The position numbers and the translations under genes were made by a program. Below, one piece after another: positions 20,028 through 30,158 of a stretch of 64,000 bases of DNA. Below the pieces are notes generated by a model, which was not told the DNA's origin, did no database searches, and saw nothing but the letters and a program-made list of their open reading frames with translations. Positions within the stretch are counted from its first letter, which is position 1, and the number at the start of each line of letters is the position of its first letter. Origin of the DNA: an uncultured Actinomycetes bacterium (lineage in GTDB: Bacteria > Actinomycetota > Thermoleophilia > Gaiellales > Gaiellaceae); the NCBI GenBank assembly GCA_963802795.1, contig CAWDJV010000003.1, positions 128,938-192,937 on the forward strand, given 5' to 3'.

Positions 20028-20443
20028 ATGTATCAATACTCCAGGGCGATCTACCGCTCCATCAAGGACCTCATCGACCCGTGGGCGGAGCCCGAGAAGC
20101 AGCTCGAGTACCGTCGCGAGGTGCTCGCGGCGTGTGAGGAGTGTGTCGAGCGGCTCGCCAAGGATCCCCGCTACTTCGCCCACCCCGACCGAACGCTCTT
20201 CCAGGACATCCGCCGCTACTTCCCGATCAGCTACCAGGCGCAGGTCGCCTGGGCGGTGACCGAGGGAATCGGCGCGGCGGTCGACTACATCGAGGCGCAG
20301 ATCGAGGCGGGCGCCTTCGACGGCGGCGTCTCGCGCTGCCGAGCGACGACGCGCAAGGGCAAGCCGTGCCAGCGGACCCCCTTCCCGAGCGCGAGTACTG
20401 CCCCTCGCATCAGCACCTCGAAGCGCGCCCCGCGGCCGCCTAG
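20028..20443 (+). CDS. Conserved hypothetical protein with C-terminal Cys/His cluster; one frame break in a C5 run
   Basis: MYQYSRAIYRSIKDLIDPW... is read in the 19953 frame up to KGKPCQRTP. The ending LPEREYCPSHQHLEARPAAA-stop is in the 20141-20443 frame. The break coincides with ccccc at 20377-20381. Confidence 0.6.
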
Positions 20444-20478
20444 CTCTCGGTTTCGACAGGGCGCGGTAGGCTCCGCGG

Positions 20479-21258
20479 ATGATCCGCGTCTGCGTGGCCG
20501 GCATCACCGGCTGGACCGGCGCCCCGATCGCGAATGCGATCGCCGAAGCCGGAGACCTCGAGCTGGTGTCCGGTGTCTCCCGCTCCCGGGCGGGAACGAC
20601 GCTCGAGGATCTCGCAGTCCCGGCCTTCGGCTCGGTCGCCGAGGCGTTGGAGAGCGTGGAGGCCGACGTCGTCGTCGATTTCACCCATGCCTCGGCCGTC
20701 AAGGAGAACGTCCTTGCGGCCATCGCCCGCGGCGTCTCCGTCGTCGTCGGCTCGAGCGGCCTCGGCGCCGAGGACTACGCGGAGATCGACCGGCGGGCGC
20801 ACGAGGCGCGCGTCGGGGTGATCGCGGCCGGCAACTTCTCGCTCCTCGCGGCGATGCTCGTCCGCAGCGCAGCCGGGATCGCCCGTCATGTCCCCGCCTG
20901 GGAGGTCATCGACTACGGGAGCGCGGCCAAGGCCGACGTCCCCAGCGGGACGTCCCGCGAGCTGGCGGAACGGCTCGGGTCGATCCGCCGGCCGGACGTC
21001 GGGCACGCGCTCGAGAGCGTGCACGGGCCGGTCGAGGCGCGAGGGGCGACCGTCGGGGGGACGCAGGTCCACTCGGTGCGCCTCCCGAGCTTCGTCGTCT
21101 CGACCGAGATCGTCTTCGCGGCCGAGGGCGAGCGGCTGACGCTGCGTCACGACCCCGGCGAGAGCCCCGCGCCGTACGTCGCCGGCACGCTCCTGGCGGT
21201 CCGCTCGGTGCGGGACCGCGTGGGCGTGACGCGAGGCCTGGACGCGCTGCTCGACTAG
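20479..21258 (+). CDS. dapB: 4-hydroxy-tetrahydrodipicolinate reductase
   Basis: 259-aa intact ORF. MIRVCVAGITGWTG (Rossmann), VVDFTHASAV, VVVGSSGL, SGTSRELAERL. Confidence 0.9.
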   Translation: MIRVCVAGITGWTGAPIANAIAEAGDLELVSGVSRSRAGTTLEDLAVPAFGSVAEALESVEADVVVDFTHASAVKENVLAAIARGVSVVVGSSGLGAEDYAEIDRRAHEARVGVIAAGNFSLLAAMLVRSAAGIARHVPAWEVIDYGSAAKADVPSGTSRELAERLGSIRRPDVGHALESVHGPVEARGATVGGTQVHSVRLPSFVVSTEIVFAAEGERLTLRHDPGESPAPYVAGTLLAVRSVRDRVGVTRGLDALLD

Positions 21259-21323
21259 CGCCGATCTCGCCTTGCGCACGCCTGCGGCCTACGATCGCGG
21301 TGTGCCCGGTTGACGCTAGAGCT

Positions 21324-22379
21324 CTAAGCGAGCGCGAGCTGCTCGAAGTCCTCGATCTTCGAGACCGTGACCCCGACCAGGCGGAGCGCTCCTGGGCGGT
21401 CGGCGAGCGCCCGGTCGAGGAGGTCGCAGGCCAGCTGCCCGATCCGCTCGCCGTCCGCGAGCCCCGCCGGCAAGGTCGTCGAGCGGCTGCGGATCGAGAA
21501 ATCCGGGTAACGGAGCTTCGTCGTCACGGTGCGCGCGACCTGGCCGGACTCACGCAGGTGCTCGGCGACACGAAGAGCCATGCGCCGAAGCTCGCCGTGG
21601 AGCTGCTCGCGGTCGGAGACGTCACGCGGGAAGGTCTCCTCGTGGCCGATGGAGATGCTCGCGACCGGCTCCTCGAGCGGCCTCGGGTCGATGCCCTGCG
21701 CACGGTCGCGGAGCAGCCGCCCGATCTTCCCGGGAAGCAGGCGCGCCAGCTCCCCGTCCGAGAGGGCTGCGAGCCCTCCGATCAGCTCGACCCCGGCGCC
21801 GGCGAGACGCTCCTCGGCCCGCGGGCCGACCCCCGGAAGGAGACGGACGGGGAACGGCGCCAGGAAGGCGGCCTCGCGGCCGGCGGGGACAACGGTGATC
21901 CCGCCCGGCTTCTTGCGATCGCTCGCGACCTTGGCGACGACCTTGCAGGACGCCACCCCCAGCGAGCAGGAGAGGCTCGTCGCCCCGCGGACGGCCGCCT
22001 GCACCGCCTCGGCGACCGTCCGGGCGCGCCCGAAGTCAGCAGCGACCTCCCCGACGTCGAGGTAGCCCTCGTCCATCCCGGTCCGCTCCACGGTGGGCAC
22101 GACCTCGCGGATCGACTTCCAGACCGTGCGCGAGTACTCCGAGTACGTGCGGTGGCGCGGGCGGACGAAGACCGCGTGCGGACAGCGGCGCAGCGCCTCC
22201 GCGCAGCTCATCGCCGAGCGGATGCCGTAGCGCCGCGCCACGTAGTTCGCGGTGGCGACGACGCCCCGGCCGTGGGGATCTCCGCCGACGACGAGCGGCT
22301 GGGCGGCGAGCTCGGGCTGCTCGAGCTCCTCCACGGCCGCGAAGAACGCGTCCAGGTCGAGGTGCGCGACGATGGTCAC
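21324..22379 (-). CDS. dinB: DNA polymerase IV (Y-family)
   Basis: IVAHLDLDAFFAAVEE, ANYVARRYGIRSAM, MDEGYLDV, GVASCKVVAKVASD, LPGVGPRAEERL. The conserved N-terminus starts at GTG 22379. The ORF is open to ATG 22421. Confidence 0.88.
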   Translation of the reverse strand: MTIVAHLDLDAFFAAVEELEQPELAAQPLVVGGDPHGRGVVATANYVARRYGIRSAMSCAEALRRCPHAVFVRPRHRTYSEYSRTVWKSIREVVPTVERTGMDEGYLDVGEVAADFGRARTVAEAVQAAVRGATSLSCSLGVASCKVVAKVASDRKKPGGITVVPAGREAAFLAPFPVRLLPGVGPRAEERLAGAGVELIGGLAALSDGELARLLPGKIGRLLRDRAQGIDPRPLEEPVASISIGHEETFPRDVSDREQLHGELRRMALRVAEHLRESGQVARTVTTKLRYPDFSIRSRSTTLPAGLADGERIGQLACDLLDRALADRPGALRLVGVTVSKIEDFEQLALA

Positions 22380-22402
22380 GGACGCTGAAAGAATAGGAGT
22401 CG

Positions 22403-24414
22403 TGTCGCACGACACCGACAAGCTGATCCGCCAGCTCTCGCTCGTCGCCTACCTGATGGCGGAGCGACGGCCGCTGACGGCGCGCGAGATCAAGTCCGTC
22501 GTCGAGGGGTACTCGGAGATGTCGGACGAGGCCTTCGCGCGCCGCTTCTACTCCGACCGGAGCGAGCTGGTAGCGCTCGGCGTGCCGCTCCACTCCCAGC
22601 GGGACGAGTTCACGGGGGAGGAGCTCTACACGCTCCGCGCCGAGCAGTACTTCCTCCCGAAGCTCGACCTCGACGACGAGGAGCTCGCCGCCCTTCAGAT
22701 CGCGTTCCACCTCCTCGACGGCCAGTTCGCCTACGCCGAGCCGCTCCGCCTTGCGCTCCAGAACCTCGCGCTCGGGCGGCCGACCCAGCTCGAGGCCGCG
22801 CCGGAGAGCGCGCTGCGCGTCGAGGTGCGCGACCCCGACTACTCCGACGAGATGTCGGGCCGCCTCACGAAGCTCGAGGGCGCGATCTCGAAGCAACGCA
22901 CGGTCAAGTTCACGTACTGGTCGATCTCGAGGGACCGGACGCGGGAGCGCACGGTCAACCCCTATGCGCTCCTGCCCGAGGCGGGCTCCTGGTACCTGAT
23001 CGGCCGCGACCTGGACGAGGACGCCGAGCGCACGTTCCGCGTCTCGCGGATTCTCGGCGACATCCGCTTCGCGACCAGGCGAGAGCGGGACTTCCGCATG
23101 CCCGAGTACGACCCGTCGGATTTCCGCGGTCGCCAGCCATGGCAGTACGGCGAGCCCGTCGGGGAGGCCGAGATCGAGCTCGACCCGGACACCGCGTGGT
23201 GGGTGGAACGGATGGTCGAGCGCGGTGAGATCGAGGACGCGGTCTTCCGGACGCCCTACTCGCGCCTCGACCTGCTCGCCGACTGGGTGCTCCGCCAGGA
23301 GGGACGGGCCCGGCCGCTGTCGCCGCCCGGCCTTGCCGCCGAGGTGACCGCGGGCCTCGACCGGGTGCTCGAGCGCCACGAGGGCGACGCGACCACGCCG
23401 CCACGGACCCGCTCACGCCCGGAGGCCCAGCCCCTGGAGCGGCCGATCGGGCCGCTCGCGCCGGAACGGTTCGGCGTCCTCCAGGCGCTCCTGGCCCATC
23501 TGCTCGCGGCCTGCGGCGACGAGCCTCATGCGACGATTCCGGCGCAAGAGCTGGTCGAGCGCTTCAGCATCCCTGCCGACCAGCTCGACGACCACCTCCA
23601 GCTCCTCAACCTCGTCAACTTCGGCGGCGGCTGCTACGCGGTCTACGCGACGCTCGACGGCGACGAGGTGCGCGTGGACAAGGAGCTCTTCGGCGACGCT
23701 TTCCGCCGGCCGCCCCGCCTGACGCCGCTCGAGGCGCGGGCCATCCGGCTCGCGCTGGAGTTCGTCGGGCCGATGATCGCCGCCGAGGCGCAGACGCCGC
23801 TCGAGCGGGTCCGCAAGAAGCTCGAGGAGACCTTCGGCGAGTTCGCCGTCTCGGAGGCGGGCGACGGTGACGAGGAAGAGGCCGCCTCCGAGGAGGAGCA
23901 GCTGATCCGCACGCTCTCGCAGGCGATCCGCGACCGGCGCCTCGTCGAGATCGAGTACGTCGCCGTCGGCGAGGAGACGAGCGTGCGCGTCATCGAGCCC
24001 CACGCCCTCGAGCGCGAGCTCCCGTGGTGGTACGTGCACTCGTGGGACCGGACCCGCGACGCGCAGCGGAGCTTCCGGCTCGACCGCATGCGCCGCGCAG
24101 AGCTCCTGGAAGGGGAGTTCGACCCGCGCCCGGGCCTGGAGCCGGCGAAGCTCCGCGACCTCCGGATCGCCCACGTCCTCTTCGACCCCGAGGTGGCGCG
24201 CTGGCGCATCGAGCGCGGCGCCTTGCCGCTCGCGCGCGGCTACGCGCTCGAGGAGATCGGCGTCGGCGGCACCGACTGGTTCGTGGGCGAGATCCTCTCG
24301 CACCGAGGGTTCGCAGAGGTGCTGGAGCCCGAGGATCTCCGCCGTGAGGTCGCGGCGCGCGCGAAGAAGCTCAAGAGCGCGCTCGCCAAGCCGCCCGCCA
24401 GGGCGCGCGGCTAG
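22403..24414 (+). CDS. pafBC: Fused PafB-PafC-like HTH-WYL transcriptional regulator
   Basis: Two tandem HTH-WYL modules: DKLIRQLSLVAYLMAERRPLTAREI...GSWYLIGRDLD, then a second HTH-like region...IEYVAVGEE...WWYVHSWDRTRDAQRSFRLDRM. GGAG lies just upstream of GTG 22403. Alternative ATG at 22372. Confidence 0.8.
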
Positions 24415-24448
24415 GCGGAGGCCACGGGCCACGGCAGCCGACTGACTG

Positions 24449-24640
24449 TCAGCGTCGTTCGTTGCCGCGCTTGAAGTTGCCCGTCGCGCGGGCCATGAGG
24501 AGCTGAGCGGCCTCCTCGTCGGCTCCCTCCGTATCGCGGAGGAACCGCGCCGCCGGGGCGCCGGTGAGCGTCGTCACGACCCGCCCGCGCCAGGAGATCC
24601 GCACGCGGCCGTCCTTCGCCGTCTGCCAGGAGAAGCTCAC
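24449..24640 (-). CDS. Small conserved hypothetical protein, GTGA-coupled to queG
   Basis: VSFSWQTAKDGRVRISWRGRVVTTLTGAPAARFLRD... GTG 24640 overlaps the queG stop (24637-24639). The ORF is open to 24670. Confidence 0.4.
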   Translation of the reverse strand: MSFSWQTAKDGRVRISWRGRVVTTLTGAPAARFLRDTEGADEEAAQLLMARATGNFKRGNERR

Positions 24641-25638
24641 GTTTCCCCGTCCAGGCGCGCGAGCGCCCACTCCGCGTGCTCACGCAGGAGCGGGTCGTCG
24701 CCCTCGGCATACCTCCGCACGACCTCCACGAGCGAGGGATCGGCCGAGTTTCCCGCCGCTACGAGGGCATTGCGCCGCAGGTAGCGGGGGTCGTTGCGTG
24801 GGAAGTAGAGGCGGTCGTAGCGGCCGCCGAGCTCCTCGTCGGAGGCCTCGAGCCACTTCCGGAGGGAGACGACGGGCTCGGCTTCTGCGGACGGCCGGGC
24901 GGCCGCGCGGCGTTTCTCGACACCGCGGTTCCACGGGCACACGTCCTGGCAGATGTCGCAGCCGTAGACCTGCGGGCCGAGCTCGACGCGGTAGGGCTCG
25001 GGGATGGGCGCGGGCGCCTGGGTCCAGTACGAGAGGCACTTCGTCGAGTCGACCGCGCCCGGGTCGTCGAGGGCTCCCGTCGGGCAGGCCTCGATGCAGA
25101 GCGTGCAGGACCCGCAGTCGAGGTCGAGAGGGGCGTTCGGCTCGATCTCGACCTCCGTCACGAGTGTCCCGAGCACAACCCAGGAGCCGTGCGTCCGGGT
25201 GATGAGCATGGTGTTCTTTCCGTAGAAGCCTACGCCGGCCCGCGCAGCACCTTCCCGGTCGACATGCTGGTTCTCGTCCACGAGCACGCGGTAGCTCCCA
25301 CCGATGCGCTCGCCGAGGGCGCCGAGCTTTTCGCGCAGCTCGGAGTAATGGTCGGCCCAGGTGTAGCGCGGGAGCCGTCCCTCCCCCGGCTCGAGCTCCG
25401 GTCCCGGCGCGTAGTAGCACAGCGCCGCGGAGACGACCGTGCGGGCGCCGGGGAGAAGCGTCTCGGGGTGGCAGGAGACCTCCGGCTGGGCCATGGTGAA
25501 GCGCATGTCGGCGAAGAGGCCGCGCGCGCGGCGCTCTTCGATCAGGCGCTCGGTCTCGGCGTACGGCTCGGCGGCCGCGGCCCCGACGACGTCGATCCCG
25601 AGCTCCGTCGCCAGACGGTCGAGCTCGGCGGTCGTCAT
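24637..25638 (-). CDS. queG: Epoxyqueuosine reductase
   Basis: 333-aa intact ORF. Two 4Fe-4S motifs (CGSCTLCIEACPTGAL; CDICQDVCPWN) and a C-terminal HEAT-like tail (NALVAAGNS...LREHAEWAL). Confidence 0.9.
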   Translation of the reverse strand: MTTAELDRLATELGIDVVGAAAAEPYAETERLIEERRARGLFADMRFTMAQPEVSCHPETLLPGARTVVSAALCYYAPGPELEPGEGRLPRYTWADHYSELREKLGALGERIGGSYRVLVDENQHVDREGAARAGVGFYGKNTMLITRTHGSWVVLGTLVTEVEIEPNAPLDLDCGSCTLCIEACPTGALDDPGAVDSTKCLSYWTQAPAPIPEPYRVELGPQVYGCDICQDVCPWNRGVEKRRAAARPSAEAEPVVSLRKWLEASDEELGGRYDRLYFPRNDPRYLRRNALVAAGNSADPSLVEVVRRYAEGDDPLLREHAEWALARLDGET

Positions 25639-25679
25639 TCCGCTCGCAAGGTAGCACCCTTCCCGCGTACGATCGCCGC

Positions 25680-26660
25680 GTGAAGGCCGTTCGCATCCAC
25701 GAGGACGGCGGGCCGGAGGTCCTCCGCTACGAAGACGCCCCCGACCCGGTCGCCGGCGCGGGCGAGGTGCTGATCGCCCTCGAGGCCGCCTCGCTGAACC
25801 ACCTCGACATCTGGCTTCGGCGCGGGCTTCCCTCCGCCCCGAAGCCGCGCATCCTCGGCGCCGACGGCGCCGGGATCGTCGCCGGCGTGGGCGAGGGCGT
25901 GAACGGCTTCGACCAGGGAGACCCGGTGCTCATCAACCCCGGTCTCGACGACGGAGCCAGGATCGTGGGCGAGCACATGGACGGCACGCATGCGGAGCTC
26001 ATCGCGGTCCCGGCCGAGTACGTCCATCCGGTCCCGGACGGGCTCTCGTTCGAGGAGGCGGCGGCCTTCCCGCTGGTCTTCGAGACCGCCTATCGGATGC
26101 TCGTCACACGGGCCGGCCTGCGCGAGGGCGAGTGGGTCTTCGTCTGGGGGATCGGAAGCGGCGTCGCCACCGCCTCCCTCCAGGTGGCCAAGGCGCTCGG
26201 CGCCCGCGTCGTCGTCACCTCCTCGAGCGACGAGAAGCTCGAGCGGGCGCGCGAGCTCGGCGCCGACGCCGTCGTCAACCACGCCACGGCCGACGTGGCC
26301 GACGCCGTGCGCTCGGCGACCGACGGGCACGGCGCGGACGTGGTTGTCGAGCACGTCGGCGAGGCAACCTGGAAGACCTCGCTCCAGGTGGCGGCGGCCG
26401 GCGGCCGGGTCGCCGTCTGCGGAGCCACGAGCGGGCCGAACCCGCCGGCCAACCTCCACCGGATCTGGTGGAAGCAGCTCACGGTCGTCGGCTCGACGAT
26501 GGGGACGCGCGAGGATTTCGCGGCGGTCTACGAGCTCGTCGCGAGCGGACGCGCCAAACCGGTCGTCGACCGCGTCTTCCCGCTCGCCGAGGCGGCCGCC
26601 GCGCACGAGCATCTCGAGGCCGGCCGTCAGCTCGGCAAGGTCGTGCTCCGGATCCGCACT
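25680..26660 (+). CDS. Zinc-type alcohol dehydrogenase / quinone oxidoreductase family protein (3' end uncertain)
   Basis: MKAVRIHEDGGPEVL..., GADGAGIV, GEWVFVWGIGSGVATASLQVAKALGARVV, family-typical ending GKVVLRI. No in-frame stop until 27095, and the extension is antisense to two well-supported genes. Confidence 0.8.
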
Positions 26661-26663
26661 AGT

Positions 26664-26963
26664 CTAGCCGAACCCGAGGATGAACTTCGCGTCGTCGGAC
26701 ATCCGCTCCGGCGACCAGGGCGGGTCCCAGGTCAGCTCGGTATCGACGTCGTCGACGCCCTCGAGGCCCTCGACGACCTCGCGGATCTGCTGCTCGATGA
26801 ACGGGCCGACCGGACAGCCCATCGAGGTCAGGCTGTAGGTGACGTGCACCTTCGAGCCCTCGACCTCGGCGTCGTAGAGCAGTCCGAGCTCGACGATGTC
26901 CATGCCGAGCTCCGGGTCCTCGACCACGCGGAGCGCATCGATCACGTTTTCACGGCTGGGCAT
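26664..26963 (-). CDS. DUF59/SufT-like Fe-S cluster assembly factor
   Basis: 99-aa intact ORF. VIDALRVVEDPELGMDIVELGLLY...SLTSMGCPVG. Confidence 0.85.
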   Translation of the reverse strand: MPSRENVIDALRVVEDPELGMDIVELGLLYDAEVEGSKVHVTYSLTSMGCPVGPFIEQQIREVVEGLEGVDDVDTELTWDPPWSPERMSDDAKFILGFG

Positions 26964-26973
26964 GGCCTACACG

Positions 26974-27948
26974 CTACCCGAGCAGGCGCACCTCTTCGCG
27001 CCGCTCGCGGGCGAAGAAGTGAACGCCGTCGACGAAGCGAACCCAGTTGTGGCGCGTGCACATCACGATCGAGTGGGTGCGGGCGCTGTCCGTGAGGAAG
27101 CGCACGCCGCGGAGGAGGTCGCTGTTCGTCACCCCCGTCGCGGCCACGATGACCTCGCCGGGCGCCAGCTCGTCCGTGGTGAAGACCTTGTAGACGTCGT
27201 CGATCCCGTGCTCCTGCGCCTGCTCGATCTCGGACCGGGACGTCGGCCAGAGCTGCGCCTGGAGCTCCCCGCCCAGGCAGCGAAGCGCCGCGGCGGAGAG
27301 GACGGCCTGCCGCGCGCCGCCGATGCCGATTGCGATGTGGTCGTTCGTCCCGCGCACCGCCGACGTGATCGAGGCGGTGACGTCCCCGTCCTGGATCAGC
27401 TTGATTCGGGCGCCGGACGCACGGATCTCCTCGACGAGATCGTGGTGGCGGGGACGGTCGAGCACGATCGCGGTGATGTCGTTGGGGCGGCGGCCGAACG
27501 CCTCGGCGATCGCAGCCACGTTCTCCCCGACCGGGCGCCCGAGGTCGATCTTCCCGCGCGCGACGGGCCCGACGGCGATCTTGCGCATGTACATCTGCGG
27601 CAGCCGCGGTAGGGAACCCGCCTCGCCGACGGCGATCATCGACATCGCCCCGTAGTCGCCCCGGGCCACGACCGAGCGTCCTTCGAGAGGGTCGATGGCG
27701 AGATCGACCTCGGTTCCCCCGTTTCCCAGGGTCGTGCCGACGGCGAGCACGTCGGCCTCCTCGTCCCCTCCGACGACGATCCGGCCCGTGATGTCGAGCG
27801 CGTCCAGGCCTTCCCGCATTGCGGTCGCCGCCGACTCCTCGGCGCCCTTGACGTCGCCGCGCCCGAGCCAGCGGGCGCCCGCGAGAGCGGCTCGCTCGGT
27901 CACCGCGGCGTACGCCTCGCAGTGGCAGCCGGGCCCCTGCTCGCTCAT
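26974..27948 (-). CDS. glpX: Class II fructose-1,6-bisphosphatase
   Basis: 324-aa intact ORF. AIDPLEGRS, IVLDRPRH, IKLIQDGDV, GIGGARQAVLSAAALRCLGG. The ATG overlaps the upstream stop (ATGA at 27945-27948). Confidence 0.9.
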   Translation of the reverse strand: MSEQGPGCHCEAYAAVTERAALAGARWLGRGDVKGAEESAATAMREGLDALDITGRIVVGGDEEADVLAVGTTLGNGGTEVDLAIDPLEGRSVVARGDYGAMSMIAVGEAGSLPRLPQMYMRKIAVGPVARGKIDLGRPVGENVAAIAEAFGRRPNDITAIVLDRPRHHDLVEEIRASGARIKLIQDGDVTASITSAVRGTNDHIAIGIGGARQAVLSAAALRCLGGELQAQLWPTSRSEIEQAQEHGIDDVYKVFTTDELAPGEVIVAATGVTNSDLLRGVRFLTDSARTHSIVMCTRHNWVRFVDGVHFFARERREEVRLLG

Positions 27949-28868
27949 GTCCGGGCCGCTTCGTGGGCGAGCTCGACCTCGGCGAGGACGAGCTGGATCA
28001 CGTCGTTGACGGCCGCTTCCATGCGCGCGTTCTCGATCACGGGGACTTCTGCTCGTATTGCGCGCTCGACCAGGTAGTCCTGGATACGCCGGATCTCGGG
28101 AAGCGCGCGCAGGTACTTGTCCATCGGGCGCCGGGCCTCGGAGCCGGCATCGCGGATCCAGAAGTGGCGCGCGTGCTCGTCCTCATCCTCGATGGCGAGC
28201 ATGCACTGGACGAGGACGGCACCCTCGTAGGCGCGCGGCAACATGCCCGGGACGAGGTGGACGCCTTCCACGACGGTCGAGTAGGTCTCCTCGAGCGCCC
28301 GCCCGATCACCGCCTTCACGCCGACGAGCACGTTGCGAGTCTGTTCCTTGAAGCCGGCGAGCGCCGGGTCCTGGTCGTCGCCCTCGTGGATCCGGACCGC
28401 CGACGCGGCGTCGAAGCTCGAGAAGTGGATCGACGGCATGAACTTCCGCGCGAAGAACGCGCGCATCGTCTGGCGCACGGTGTCCGTGGACGTGACGCGC
28501 GTGATGCCGAGGCGGTGGGCCACCTCGGTCGCGACCGTGGACTTGCCCGTGCCGGTCGCCCCGCCGACGAGGAGGACGATGGGGACGTCGAGCTCTCGCA
28601 GGGCCTGGAGCATGCGGAGCCGCCGCACGGCCTCCCCGCCCTCGTGCTCCCCCAGGACGCCGGCGGCGACGTCGTAGAGGCGCTCGGCAGCGACCGCCTC
28701 CTGTTCACGGCCCCGAACGAGCTCGCCCTCGATCAGACGCGCGAGCTCGTAGGCGCGCTCCGGCCTGATCCCGGTCCCCATGAGCGTCTTCGCCATCAGG
28801 CCCTTGGAGTACGGCAGGCTGACGTCCGGAGAGACCAGCGCTTCGGGCGGCCGTCGGTCGGACGTCAT
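27945..28868 (-). CDS. 2-phosphoglycerate kinase (COG2074-type)
   Basis: 307 aa from ATG 28868. P-loop IVLLVGGATGTGKSTVATEVAHRLGITRVTSTDTVRQTMR. ATGA overlaps at both ends (28865-28868 and 27945-27948). Confidence 0.8.
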   Translation of the reverse strand: MTSDRRPPEALVSPDVSLPYSKGLMAKTLMGTGIRPERAYELARLIEGELVRGREQEAVAAERLYDVAAGVLGEHEGGEAVRRLRMLQALRELDVPIVLLVGGATGTGKSTVATEVAHRLGITRVTSTDTVRQTMRAFFARKFMPSIHFSSFDAASAVRIHEGDDQDPALAGFKEQTRNVLVGVKAVIGRALEETYSTVVEGVHLVPGMLPRAYEGAVLVQCMLAIEDEDEHARHFWIRDAGSEARRPMDKYLRALPEIRRIQDYLVERAIRAEVPVIENARMEAAVNDVIQLVLAEVELAHEAART

Positions 28869-30158
28869 GCGATGACCCGCTCGGTCGTGACGGCGTCGGC
28901 CAGCGCGAGCAGCCTGTCGTCCAGGGCGGCCCGGCCTGCCAGGGGCCGCACCTCGTTGTCGGCGAAGACCACCTGGACGCCGCGCGCATCGGCCGCCTCG
29001 GCGACGACGTCGATCGCCGCCGCCTTGATCTCCACGAGGAGGAGCTCCGCCTCGCGGACCGCCGGCGAGTCGAGCTCGGCCCGGAGCGCTTCCCGGCGGG
29101 CGAGGCTGCCCGAGACGAGGACGACGTCGGCCTCGTGCTCGCGCTCCAGGTGCTCGCGGAGGCGGCCGTGGAAGGCTTCGGGGGCCGTCGAGAAGAACGC
29201 GACCTTGCGGCCGGCGACCGGCTCGACCGGCCGCGGGCGCAGGACAGTGGGCACGACGGGAAGCTCCGGATCGACCTCGGCGATCGCCGCGCGCAGCGAT
29301 TCCACCTGGTCGGCCGTCGCCGCCGGCTCCTCGCACATCGTCAGGACGACGAGGTCGCTGAGGAAGAGGCGGTACGCGCCGAGGTAGTCCGTGAGCGTCT
29401 CGGGGGCCTGCTGCGCGCCCGCAACGAGGATTCTGCCGCGCCGCCTCGACCGGAGGAACGGCGGTGCCGCTTCCCTCGAGGATGACGAGGTCGGGGCCGT
29501 GCGAGGCCGCGAGAGTCGCCGCCTCCTCGACGTTCGAGAAAGACGGCGCACCGGCGAGCCCGCCGCCGCAGCGTCGCGCCCCGACGGTGACGACGCCGGC
29601 GAGGGCTGCGTCCTCGAGGTAGTCGGAGGCAGCGTGGGCCCCCGAGCGCGAGAGCGCGAGCAGGTCGGCGAGCGTCGGCGAAGCCTCCATCACGACGGGC
29701 TCGGCGGGCCCGCCGCGGCCCATGGCGACGACGACGACCTCGCGCGACTGCGCGAGGAGCCTGGCGACGTGACCGGCGACCGCCGTCTTCCCCACGCGTT
29801 TCCCGGTTCCGATCACGGCGAGCGCGGGCTGCGGGTAGCGCATGAACGGGACCGGATCGAGCCGGAAGTCGGCTCCGACGTAGGACATCCCCGACGCGAG
29901 CGCCCGCGAGGCGAGCCGGAAGCGGCGGCGCGGGCCGACGACCGGCTCGTCGGAGAGATCGACGACGACGTCGGCGCCCGCCTCCGCGAGAGCGTCGTCC
30001 AGCACGTCCCAGACCGGCACTCCGTAGTCGGGCTTCCCACGGAGCTTCTCGCCCCCGCCGAGCATGACCGCCCCGACGAACTCGTAGGGAAGCTCGGCGA
30101 GGGCGGCGACGACGACCTCCGGGTAGTGCTCGCCGTCGACGAGGGCAAGCGCTCTCAT
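28865..30158 (-). CDS. Cyclic 2,3-diphosphoglycerate synthetase-like protein, one frame break near 29441
   Basis: N-terminal part MRALALVDGEHYPEVV...AVIGTGKRVGKTAV...LEGSGTAVPPVEAAR is in the 30158 frame. It continues RILVAGAQQAPETLTDYLGAYRLFLSDLVVLTMCEE...FADNEVRP in the 29551 frame. One extra base accounts for the shift. Confidence 0.7.

Noticed and set aside
19953-22388. 811-aa + strand ORF
   Set aside because: Only its first ~140 codons (the 20028 gene) are protein-like. The remainder is out of frame with dapB and antisense to dinB.
22390-22425. Full RecA-NDp (PafBC) promoter upstream of dinB
   Set aside because: Only the TTGTCGGTG half matches. The -10-like TATTCT is 17 nt away, not 8. 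It is kept as a caveat inside the pafBC finding and not called as a feature.
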